From assembly GCA_020536535.1 (NCBI GenBank), contig JAHLWZ010000923.1, positions 1 to 46,754 of the forward strand: a stretch of DNA of 46,754 bases. Direction: 5' to 3'. The notes beneath the pieces are model-generated. The model was not told where the DNA came from. It was given only the letters and a program-made list of their open reading frames with translations, and did not search any database. Position numbers and translations under genes: made by a program. Below are positions 24,201 to 36,168 of the stretch, piece by piece. Source of the stretch: Pelomyxa schiedti (taxonomy: Eukaryota; Protista; Evosea). Position 1 is the first letter of the stretch, and each line of letters starts with the position of its first letter.

Positions 24201-26742
24201 AGAATGTGTCTCTTTTTACATTGTCATCACTCCATCTGTTTCTACAGTTTGTGATGATGCTATTTTTTGTATTGACAATATTGTCTGTAGGTTCAATGGT
24301 GTGACTGGGCACACTTTGGGTATTTTGGTATCCAAAAGTGTCCACCCCACCACAAACGTGGGATATAAAGTACATTCTGAAGTTGGTAATGATAATCAGA
24401 GAGGGCTTCTGCTTTGGAACCCCCAAAGGTTCTGAGTTTGTGTGGATTGGTGGATGTGTAGGAGACTTGGAAGAGAGTGACTGGTCAGTTGTGTTAACTC
24501 CCAATGTTGAATATTTTTGAACACCGCTTTTTTCAAATGGCTCACAAAGAGGAGGAGGTACAACAGGCTCAACGTTCAGAGGTGACTTTGTTCTTTTATC
24601 ATCATGGGAGTGTTCGTAAACCTCACCAGTGTGAAGAGAGTGGCCCCCTACGTGACTTCTTGAAGACTTGCCCTTGGATAGGGCACATAAAATGTCGTAG
24701 AGTTGCAGTGATGGTGACGCGTCTACACTTGAAGTATCTATATGTGGAGGCTCTATATTTGAAAGGTAGGGGGGTTCAACATAATGTGACCGGGAATGGG
24801 GTGAAGGAGACCTATCATATTTCCTAGAATGGTGAACTGAATCAGAGAGACAGTCGGGTGAAAAGGAGTGATGGCGTGAAGGGTGGTCTAGCTCAGGAGA
24901 TGCTGACGAGGGCTCATATCGCCCGGAGTGACCATGATGGGAGTGCGAATCACTATAATCAGAATGATGATGGTTAGGTGATTTAGAATGTCTTTCAGGT
25001 GACAAGGAAGTATCAGCTGACTCCTGTCTCTCTGATGAGTGGTGGTGCCTGCTGCGTGATTGGTGGTGCCGTTCAGGAGAATGATCATGGTGGGTTTTTC
25101 CTGTATCGTGACGCAACTCAGGTGAATGGCTGTGGTGGGTTTCTGGTGATTTGATGCAGCGTTCAGGTGAGTGGTGCCTGTGCCTCTCTGGAGAGTGGTG
25201 ACCATGTTTCTCTGAGGAGTGATGGCGCTCAAGGTAGTAGTGAGAGGGCTGCTCTGATGGGTGGTACTTGGTGTGAGAAAAGCCATCTATTGGAGGAAAA
25301 GACGCTGTGAGGCGTAGATCTAAGCAAGGTTGAGACGGGGATGGGCACCGTCTTATGGATACAGGAACAGGTGGATGAGCATGAAAATATTGAATTGGCT
25401 GAGGAGAGTAGGCTCTCTCCATGCGACTGGGAGAGTTTTCAGAAATGGTGAAAGGAGCTGAGGGGTGAAAAGCCACTGGTGCATATGGGAAAGGTAGGGG
25501 TAAGGGTCTTGGGGAGGAATGAGTTTTTAGGGCACTATGAGAGTACCCTGAGCTTCTTGTATTTTGCCCATAAGGGTAATATTTCAAAGGGGGAGCAGGG
25601 AGTGGGCGTCTAGAGGCAGAGGTTTGGGTATCAGGATCCCTCACTGGTTGCAGATGTGGACTGTATTTTGAGTGACTACTTCTGGTTTCTCTTGAGCTTT
25701 GTGGTGGGGTTGGAATGGAGTGAAGCTTTGGTGGGTTTGGAAGAGGTCGAGGGGATACAGTTTGGGGACCTGGTCTTCTGCTGAAAGAAGAAGATTTTCC
25801 AGTAGAGGAAATCCTCACCAAATTTGTGAGTAAAAGAGCTGATTGTGAGCTTCCTTGCGTTATGCGGTTATTGGTTGACAGTTCAGGGGAGGAAGAAACA
25901 CCACTTTCAAGAGAAACGGGCTCTGATTTTGCTAAATTTGGAGTGGATTCCAGCATTAATGCTGGGGACACAGAAGTGTCAGATGAAACAGGACTTGCAG
26001 TTGGAGTTGGCGAGGAAGGAGCGGATTTACTAGCCCGTATAATTGGAGGTGAAGGAAGTGGCCTGGGAGGCTTGGAAGCCACAACCCACGGCGCATTCCC
26101 TGCACCACATGATCCAATTTGTTCTTGGCCAGCTTCCACATCAGCCACATCATCCCCCTGCACTGTTCCTTGTTGTTGGTTCTGTACTTGTTGCAGTGAA
26201 TGTTTTTGCCTCTGTTCCTGCTGGCTCTGGTTTTGGTTTTGGTTTTGCATTTGCAATTGCATTTGAATTTGAATTTGTTGTTGACGTGGCGGTTCAAGGG
26301 GCACGCTGGGGGTTGGAGGCGGGGATTTCGACGGGATGGCAGCAATTACCTGCTCACCCCGCAGAATCTCGAGGTCGCAGTCTACGCCGTAAAACACGAA
26401 TCTCTGAGTGAGCTTCATTCGCCCACCGGCACAAAATGTCGCCGTCACAGGCACAGGCATCGGCATAGTGACGGGCACGACGGCCGCAGTAGCAGTGGTG
26501 CCTCCTGCCGCTGTGCCTGACGGCGATGATGGGATTGATGACACGGAGAATGGGGATGGGACTGGGGGTTGATGACGGGGTTTGGAGGGAACTACCACTC
26601 CAAGGATGTTTGGGTGCGATGTTTCTGGCTGTGGTGATTGGTGTTGTTCGGGGGTGTTTGTGGTGCTGCTGTTGTTGCATTCGGTGGGGAGTGCTGGGGG
26701 TGTTGTGGCTCTGGCGATGTGCTCGGCGAGCTTGGAAAACAT
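21281..26742 (-). CDS. Myotubularin-related phosphoinositide phosphatase with long low-complexity N-terminal insertion
   Basis: [121 protein letters not shown]. Confidence 0.9.
24850..25240 (-). repeat. Coding His-rich degenerate tandem repeat (HHSPER-like units) in myotubularin
   Basis: [41 protein letters not shown]...[23 protein letters not shown]...[10 protein letters not shown]. Confidence 0.75.
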
Positions 26743-27061
26743 TATTGTGGGAAGACAGTATGCTGAAAACGAAATAAACGGAGACGACGATTGGGGGAGG
26801 CAGGGAAGCGGTGTCAAAAAAACGCGGCGTCGTCGTTGTTTTTTGGGTTTAAAAAAAGGCAGTTTTTGAGAGCTCACGGAAAAGAACGGGGTTCGGCACC
26901 AAAAAGGAATGTGGCTACTCCAAATACCAGGGAGACGAAACTGTTTTGTTATTGAGGTTTTTCCTTGTCCAACAGGCACAAGGAGAATGGATGATCACTT
27001 TGTGACATTCAAAAGGTGCGAAATGTATGGTTGTTTCTTTTTGTCCCAAAGAGCGGTTCAT

Positions 27062-28444
27062 TCATTGAAGTCTATTGCCACAGTTGGAGCAGAACCTTCC
27101 GGCAGCAGGTGAAAAACAAGAATTGCAGCAATTGACCAGCTTACTACCACAGTTGCTGCAAAAGCGGCCATTCACAGCCTGCTGACATGTAGGACACCCA
27201 AGAACTGTGCCTACAGAAGATGAAGAAGCTGATGTTGATAATGGTGTGGAAGGAGGTGATGTGTTTACTGTTGTTGATGTTGTCGCTGGTGTTGATGGAG
27301 TTGGTGTGGGTGTGTGGCGTTCTGGCGAGGCCGGCTCCGTTGGGGTGGAACTTGTTCCGGAATGTGATGTTGATGGAGTTGGGGATGGTGATGTTTCCCT
27401 CTCTTTGGGTGGTGCCTTGACGGGAGAAATGTAGTAATCCACACCTTCGGGTTCGCCTTCTGTCATTGATAGCCTTTGCATCTTCAGGTAGTTATTGTAC
27501 ATATCTCCGGCCATACCGCCGGTATTGGCAAGCCCACTTGATAAACCGTGAGGCTTCAGACGGGATTCTGGGGGAGGATCAATGGGAACTCCAACAAGAG
27601 AATGTGCCATTTCCCGAATTCTTGACAAGCGAGTGGCACAATATAGCTTTTCAGCCTCGGTGAACTTCAAGTGAAGCCAACCAGTGAAATCAAAGCAGGA
27701 TATGTAGGTGACGTTGGAAGATGGTGGTGCGGAATCGGGTATTGAAGACACCTGCACTCCACAAAACATCATAATGCCACGGCAGAAGGTCTTGTTTATA
27801 GGAATATTGGGAGCCTCAAAGGATGCTCCCCAGCACTCAAACGAATCTGCCCCATTTGTATAATTGTGTGCTCTAAGAAAGGAGACATCACGTTTTGGGC
27901 ATGTAGCCGACAGTGTCTTGTGCTGCATATACAACTATTTGGGTGTTGGAAATAATTTGGGAAAAAAAAATCCCATGTACCAATTGTGGGTTTCCATCTT
28001 CAACAACTTGAATAGAAGCTACAGTTGTCCTATTCCACTGGAAGCACGTTAAAAATTCCGTGTGAAGTAAAGTTCAACAACACATATAAACACCTCACAC
28101 TCAACTCAAAACTTCCTTCGGCAGTCAGTACAAGCCACACCACCTATCTTATAAAGCAAAGACAGAAGTAATAGAAACAAAAATACCTTCGCTTCACTGT
28201 TCCAGTAAACATCAAAGACCATTTTTGGTGGGGCCTTTATCACGCCCCTTGCTCTCGTGCAATAAACCTCGTATTTCCCCCCAGGAGAGCAATGCACTCG
28301 AGAGGACAGACGATCGACTCCCGGCTCATCCGTTGGTATTTCCGACCACCCGTCTTCGGACGAGCACCACTCGTCTACTAGCGCCTTGCACTGTTGCAAT
28401 GACGTGGACGCCTGCTCGCTGCGCGCAACTGCAGCCCCCTTCAT
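27062..28444 (-). CDS. START-domain lipid-binding protein with C-terminal double zinc ribbon
   Basis: DGWSEI..RARGVIKAPPKMVFDVYW..WN..IVYMQHK..PKRDVSFLR..NVTYISCFDFTGWL (START); C-terminal CPTC...FCSNCGSKL..CCNSC...FCSNCGNRL (DZR). ATG at 28444. Confidence 0.8.
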
Positions 28445-28824
28445 TTCGTTTTTGGTTGTTTTGTTGGTGTCTGGGCTCGGCGTTGTAATTCGTTGCCTGT
28501 TGGTGTGGAGCTTTGTTTTTTGGTGTTGAAAATCCAAGAGGCAAATTTCGTGCCCCTTGATTTCAGAAATGTTCTTCTTGGTATGTTGTTCGTCTTTCAT
28601 TCTGGATTCATCATGCCATACTGGTTACACCACCTTAGCCCGACAGCCTGGCCAACCAATGCTTCCACCACAGCAATACTAACAACAAGGGAAACCAACA
28701 TCACCAAACTAAATCACAATGAATTCAAGGTTGTTCGAAAAAAGAACTTCATTTTTTGTGTAGAAACAGTGCTGGTGGAGTTGTTCCGAGGAGGGTGAGT
28801 ACGAGTCACTTGAGGCTTTAGGCT

Positions 28825-31800
28825 TCAACTGGAAGGAGAACTTGGGTTAGAGTCCGCACCACTGGGAGGAGAAGCGGCGGCGGATGTTGATGTGGTGTTT
28901 GTTTTGAACTCATTTTGTGCGGAACTGAGGTTTGACGGTGGTGGGGGTGGTGCACACCCAACTGGTGAGTTTGGTGCGAGGGTGGAAGACGCGGTTTTTG
29001 GGGTTGGCCTTCTGCCACTGCGCGATTTTGATGACTGCGGTGGTAAAGCATGTCCGCGTGTTGTGGTTGTAGTTGTTGTTGAGGTGGTGTGTTTTGGAGG
29101 TGTGGTGGCAAGCTGCCGGCCGTGATTGTTGCCGGGTGCGTGGCCGCGATTCCTGATGTTGGGGGACTCATCACTTGCAGGACTGAGGCTCCCAGAGCTC
29201 TCACTCCCGGAAAAGTTGTAGTCATCTTCTGCAGCTGCGGGACCCTGGTTGTCACTTCCAGACTGACTGTCACTCCCATAAACATCAACTTTGGGGTGTC
29301 TTCTCCTTGCGCTTGTCCTCACAGCTCCATGTTCGTGCCAAGTAATAGAACTTCCCGCCATTGACGCCGCTGTGCTAGCAGCAGTCGCAGAAGCAGACGC
29401 ACTATGCCGTTTACGGCGAGAGTTGGGAGCAGTTTGTAGGTCTTTATTCTTCCTGATACAATCAAGTAAGAATTTGATGTGTTCATGAAGTGTATCGTCA
29501 CTTGGCCAAGAGGCTGCGGCGCTTTTGTTGGGTGTTGAAGAGAGCTTCTTGGCACCAATACGAACTTTTATTGTACTGGACGACTTGGAACTTGAGGTTG
29601 TGCTCCACTTAGTAGCATCTGGGGAATTCGCATCATCTCCATATTGTTGAATGTCTTTGGTGAAGCACAGCTCGTAATCAGCACAAATGGCTGGGTAACA
29701 CCCCCATCCATGCTTGAATGTCCCCAATAATAAATCTCGGTCGCGTGTAACATCCCACCATGGAGTAAGTCTACGTCCAAAGTCCAACACGGTGTAATTA
29801 TTAGGAGTTGATGCTGTGGAAATCTCGTTGTTTAGTTGTTCAAGGAGCCTCATTCGGTCTGCTATTTCACTTAACTTCGTAGAAATTTCATCCTGTCCAA
29901 TAGAAGAAATGGGACTGTCTTCATCAGGTCTTTTCCTTCGCGACTTGGTGCGTGAGAATCGGTCTGACGTCTTGAGGGCGTTGAGGCGATCTAATACTGT
30001 CTTGAAGATTTGCTTGTCACTTGGAAGGGCAATAAGAATGCACTGCTGTAAAAATGTGCATACGATGTCCGACAACTCGTGATGGGCGTGGTGCGAAAAC
30101 CCAACTGACCTGCTCTGAATAAGTTTCCAGCATGGTCGGCAGTACAGTAAAAAAGCTTCAAACAGTGCTCGTGGCTGATTCGAACTAAGCCAGTCCAAGG
30201 AGAGAATATCGCAAGTGGGCTTCTTACTCACGGTGGGGGGAAGTGTGGGATTTGCAGAACGTTTGGATTTAGTGTTTGATCGTAGTGCTTGTGGTGGGGG
30301 AGATGATGACATTGGGTGTTTTTTTGACTTTTTCTTGTTTCTTGGGTCGGAATCATCATCCGATAGATGCTGTGATTGTTGTGCACTATCAACCTTATAG
30401 ACTTTTCTCTTCCTTCGCGAAAAATCAATATCACTTAGCCACTCCAGAATCTTAGCTTGCTCTTCAACAAAAAGAGTTGTTGTATGGCTTGCACAGAACA
30501 ACAGTAAGTTCCGTAAATTGTCTCTATCTGGGGGTATCCTGCCCTTGGCTTCATTGTATCCTGTGATCATTGCTTCCACAAGTCCTTGTAAGCTGTGCAA
30601 AAAGCCTTCTTTTTTCGATTCCAGCCACACTCGTTGCTCACTTTCACTTTTGCCAGCAACAAGGTTAGTAATTTGATCCAGCAAGGATTTTGCTGTTGCT
30701 GCTTGGGGGAGCACCTTTTCCCAAAAGTGTGGGTCTTTCACATCAAGACTTGCAGTCTGCTCATCCAAATGAAAAGTGGCTTTGCTAAACATACTTCCTT
30801 GGTTGTCTTCCTTCCATACAACACGTGAACTGCGCTTGACAAGGATGTTTTCTATGTCATCTTCACAAAAACTGGCACTGGCTTGATCGGCTTCCCCCTC
30901 ACGGAATAGGTCATACGCACCATACCGAAGCATGTCATTTATCTCCTCCTTTGACAGACCTGAAGAAGTTGCGGCGGACTGTTTGGCAGTGCCAGTGCCA
31001 GTACTACTCACTGTTGCGTGATTGTTGTTATTTGAGCCAATAGAGTGCAGAACCACTTGATCTAGTCCCAGTTTCTTAGAGGCACGGTCGAACATTATCA
31101 TTTCGTATGTATTGCGAGAGAGGAGTCTGTAGACTTTAACATCTTTCTGTTGTCCAATCCGGTGGCACCGAGCTTGTGCTGTGATATTATAAAAATTAGA
31201 TGAGAAAGGATTTTCCCCACCCCCTTTTTCCCTCAACCTTGCACATCATTTTGAGGATTCCAGTCACTATCATAGATAACAACTGTATTTTTTTTTTTTG
31301 TGGGTTATTAAATAGTGTGGGTTTGCACGTTCTCTAACCTGTATCAGCGGCTGCCAAGTTAATCCCAAACCCCCCTGCTCGCGTGCTAAGTAAGAACACA
31401 AATCTTCGGTATTCTGGATTGCAAAATCTCTCGATAGACATCTGCCTGTCATTTGCTTTGACACCACCATCCAGCCGCTCATACAGATAGTTGTTGAACT
31501 GCAAATACTTCTCCAGAAGGTCCAGAACTCCCTTTAACTGGGAAAATATGAGGATCTTGTGGTGGGCAGCAAACAGCTTGGGAAGGAGTTTGTCGAGAAG
31601 CACTAGTTTGCCTGAACTACGGGTGAGAACAGTGTTGTAGTCCTCTGCCGTTTTAGTGAAGCCAGCTTCTTTCTCTTCCACACCGGGAATGAGGAACGGG
31701 TGATTGCACACCTTTCTCAACTGCATCACTATGTTGAGTAGATTGGGCACATTCGCGTTGTTGGCACATCCTTTGTTAAGAAACTCGCGGTTCTTCTCCA

Positions 31801-34800
31801 ATATGGCGCGGTAGTACTGTTTCTGTAAAACAGTCAATTCTACTTCCACCACAGTTTCTTCCTTGGGAGGAATTGACTTCTCCACGTCGCCCTTCATACG
31901 GCGCAGCAGATGGGGATGCAAAACATCCTGCAATTTTTTGACCTGCCCTTCGTCCTGTAAATTTTCGAACTGATCAAGAAAGTCATCTTGGCTGGCGAAA
32001 TGAACTGGCTCAATGAAATTCAGCAATGACCACAACTCCTTTGTATTGTTCTGTATGGGGGTACCTGAAAGTGGTTTTTTTGTTTTATTGTAAGTCACTT
32101 TGGTATCTGAAACGAGCGAACAAACCAGTCAAGAGGATTCGGTGGTATCCTTTTATCGTTTTCAAAGTTGTGATAAGTTTTGACTGAGAATTTTTCATCC
32201 GATGAGCTTCATCAACGACAATTACTTGCCACTGAATACGGGCCAAATCGTTCGCGTCAGTCATTACCATCTCGTATGTTGTTACGAGAACAGTAAACTT
32301 TATCTGCTTGCTCAATGGTCGGCCACTTTGATCCAGATAAAACCATTCATACTTCTTGATGTACTCACGGTTGTCTTTGTTCCCAATGTAGACGACCACA
32401 TTCATATCAGTCCATTCTTGCAACTCCTTGACCCAGTGTGCGATTGTGGTAAGAGGTGCAACAACAAGGAAAGGTCCAGGGAGTAGTTGCACGACTCGGA
32501 GATGCTCAAAAAAAGCTACAACTTGCACAGTTTTACCAAGTCCCATCTTTTAAAAAAGTTACAAGAAAAAAAGTGGTAGACAACTGTAATACCTCATCAG
32601 CCAATATGGAGCCCCTGCCCTGGCACCAGCAGAAAATGAGCCAATTTAAACCCTCCAATTGGTAAGGCCGAAGCATGTTACTTCCTTTGTATTCTGGTGT
32701 CTGTTCCATTTTGACCCATAGGCGAGAGGGAAGGGGTGCCGGAGGTGGCTCCCTTGGAAGAATGTGAAACCGGCGATAATCCTCTATCTTTTTATCATCC
32801 TTGAAGTCTTCAGCAAACTCCCATGTGGACTCTGTGTAAGATAACCCCACCCATTTCACCAAGTACATTGGCTTCTTTCCCTCTTCAAGATCCACCTCCC
32901 CAGATGCAATAATCCTATCAACTTGAATATATTCAGGAGGAAAGAATTCCTCAGCACACGGGTCTTCACTGGCGCCGGCAGCAGGATGTTGTTCATTTCC
33001 GCGCTTTGTCCAGTACCGTTTGATCTTGGCAGCACCTTGTTTTCCTTCTTGTTGTAGTAGTTGAGGTTCCGTGATCCACTCACAATGCACATAGGATTTA
33101 TCTCTCCATTTCACTAAGTACTTGACAACTGGTTGAGTGGGTGCTGGGGTTACAGTAACAACGTTTGGTGTTATGGCTGCTGCACTATTGACAGGAATAC
33201 TACCAGAAGTCGCTGATGTCTCTGACTTTGTTTCATGGTTCTCTGCTGTTGTGGGCCTTTTTTCGTCAGGGGGTTCAGGCTGTTCAGATTTCACTTTTGA
33301 ATCCCGTTCTTGGGGTGGCTCATTTGCTGGTTCTGCGACAGTAGTAGTAAGGGGAAGCTTCTCTGTTCCCCCCGACACCTCCTCTTCTTTCGTCACTACA
33401 TTAATCTCTCCCGTCGTTGTTTCTACTTTAACATCCCCTGTCGTTTTCTCTTCGGTAGTTTTCGTTGTCGCAACAATAGGCACTTCATTCTTCATCACTG
33501 AGTCTGAAACAGTTGTTGCTTTGGAAACTACTTCCTTTGCCTTGTTTTCCTTGGCAGGTACAACTTCTTTAGCCTTGGCTTCAGTTTTGTACTCTACAAC
33601 GTGAGCAATAATCTTTTCAATGACGTCTCTGTCTTCATCTTTTTTCTGTAAGATTCGTTAAATTCACCAGGGTAAAAACTCACCCACTTCGGGAGCTGTA
33701 AAGGCAGGGAAATCAAGTGCCGCTTCTACAGCAGGTGGGGTTGCTTCCTTTGTCTCGTTGAGGAGGGGAGATGTCGGTGCCGGTGAGGAAGACGGAGCAA
33801 TTGAGGAATAGGTTGGACTGTGAGGTGCTACTGATGACGTTGTTGTTGTCAGACCCGTGGCATTAATCATGTCTGGGAGGGATGTGGGATTACTGCTGGT
33901 AACCCCATTTTCTGGGGTGGAAACAGGAGCTTCGACAGTAGTGGAAGCGGCTTTCTTTCCTCTGCCTTTCTTGGGGATAACAGATGCTGCTGCACCTTCT
34001 TCAGCATCCTTGTATGCAACACGCCGCCTTTTTCGAAGGGAATATGTTGTTTTATCTTCATCTTCATCGTCATCTTCATCGAACTCAGCCAAATCCATTG
34101 CTTCTTTTGCTTTCAGGGATTGACGGCGTGTGCGCATGGGTCGGTTGTTAACCGCCATTTGTACCTGTGGTCCCTGTAGTACTTTTTGTGGTGTATTTTG
34201 CACATTAACTTGTTGAGTAAGGTGCTGCTGAAGTTGTTGCTGAAATGCCATGGGTTGTTGACTCCCCGCTGAAGGTGGACCTATGGGAAGGTCACGCTTT
34301 ATCTGTCCAAGCAAATCCACTGGAGAGCCAACAGAACCTGCTTTTTGAGAAGATTCGCCCTGTTTTGAAAAACAAATTAACTCAATATCCAAGACGGTTA
34401 GGAGTTTAACCTTGGCCAGTAATTGTTGAAGCGAACTGAGTTGGGAGTGTAAGAACTGCTGCTGTTGTATGAGGATGGTAGTCTCTTGTTGCTGTTGTGA
34501 ACTGGGGTGGGCTGACTGTAACTGTTGCAAACTTTGTTGGATTTGTTGTATTTTAGCAGTGCATAATTTCATATGTATCTGTTGTTGTGTAGATTGTGGT
34601 AGGGACTGAAAGAGTTTTTGAAGATTAGCCAACTGTGCCTGGTTAGATTGTGGGCTCGTGGAGGATACTATTTGTTGTAGTGCTGTCTGAGCCTGTGAAG
34701 TGTTGGATGTTGTTGATTGTGGTGAAGGAGGAGTGTTTTGTGGTGGTATTTTCTGCTGGGGAAGTTGACCCTGGAACGCCTGCTGATTTGGCAGTGAACT

Positions 34801-35928
34801 GCCCTGCGGAAGTTGTGTCTGGGTTTGTGGTAATGTTTGAGTTTGGGGCTGTTGCATGAGTTGAGCTTGTTGTTGCACTTGTTGTGCTTGTTGCAGTTGA
34901 GCTTGGAGTTGTAACTGAAAAGACTGGAACGAATTTGGTTGCTGTGGTTGAACTGCTGGTGGAGTTTGGAGAGGGGGGAGTTGACCCTGGCGCGACTGCA
35001 AGAGTTGTTGTTGCTGGGCGTGCCTTTGAGCTGTTAATTGTTGAAATTGCTGTAGTTGCTGTTGCTGTAGTAAAAGCAATTGTTGTTGACTTTGAGCCAG
35101 GCTTTGTGGAGTTTGTATCCCTTGTTGATGCTCTTGAGCAACGGGCTGTGGCTTCGGAACTTGTTGCGGTAATATAATACCCACAGGCAGTGATTGCTGA
35201 GGTCCAACTTGTTTCAATGCTTGAAGGAATGCCTGATGAAACTTTAAAATGATTTTAAGTGACTACTTTCACTTACCTCTGGTGTCTTTTGATCCTGAGT
35301 GATCCCGACTCGTGTCATGTTCCGTTGTACTTTTTCAGAGTTAGGCATCCATTGGTTTTTTTGGTGATATAATTATATATAATCTATCACTTAAAAAAGG
35401 GGGAAAAAAGAAAAAAAAGAAAAACAAAATAAACTCACGTAGTGCCTCGCCTTGAGCAAGTTCTGCTTTGGGCATTGGCGTAGGAATCACGCCATTGGGC
35501 AGTTGAACGTGGATTTTCAAGTTATCACCACTCCCAACACCAGTACCGCCAGATGCACTCATCGAGATCCCAGAGCTGTTGCCATTGAGGCCGTTGTTGT
35601 TGTTGTTGCCGCTGACTCCGCCGTTGAGATTGACATTTACACTGACGTTTACGTTTACGTTGGCGTTGCCTACGGCACCACTGACGCGACTCGGATCTAC
35701 CGGTGCAGTGTCAACAACCACACTTGTCGTAGTCGTAGTAATTTGCTGTTGTTGTGCCATCGGCTGTAGTACCGCTACCCCATTTAATTGTTGTTGTTGT
35801 TGCTGTTGCTGTTGCTGTTGCGTTATCGGCTGCGACGAAGGAAGACGCGACTGGGAATGGGACGGAGATTGAGATTGTGGGTGGGGATTGATTGCCGTAG
35901 TAGATGCGGCCGAGGCAGTGGGTTCCAT
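28825..35928 (-). CDS. Chromodomain-helicase-DNA-binding protein, CHD6-9/Kismet-like subfamily
   Basis: Two chromodomains (KYLVKWRDKSYVHCEW; YLVKWVGLSYTESTWE); SNF2 motifs ILADEMGLGKT, DEAHRMKN, GTPIQNN, LSTRAGGFGINLAAADT, QARCHRIGQ; CHD6-9-type WWDVTRDRDLLLGTFKHGW..CF and WPS..TL; Q-rich N-terminus. Confidence 0.92.
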
Positions 35929-36168
35929 TTCCCCGAAATTTTGTCCGCTGCTGGTTTGGATTTCTCCGCCGATCAACAGTGCAGATTTTTCCGTTGCTTT
36001 TTTTTTCCCTTTTTCTTTTGCGGGTGTTGCACTTTGGTGGTTGTTGCTCCTTTTTTTCGTCAAAGAAAAAAAAAAGAAATCAAAGTTGAGGTTAGAGATT
36101 CCTGTTTAGATTTTTCAAATTGCAACTGCCGCCAAGAAGGAAAAAAATCGTTGAAAGACGAAAAATGA

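Noticed and set aside
23995-26979. 994-aa ORF as an independent gene
   Set aside because: It is the first exon of the myotubularin (likely ATG 26742) and splices into the phosphatase exons.
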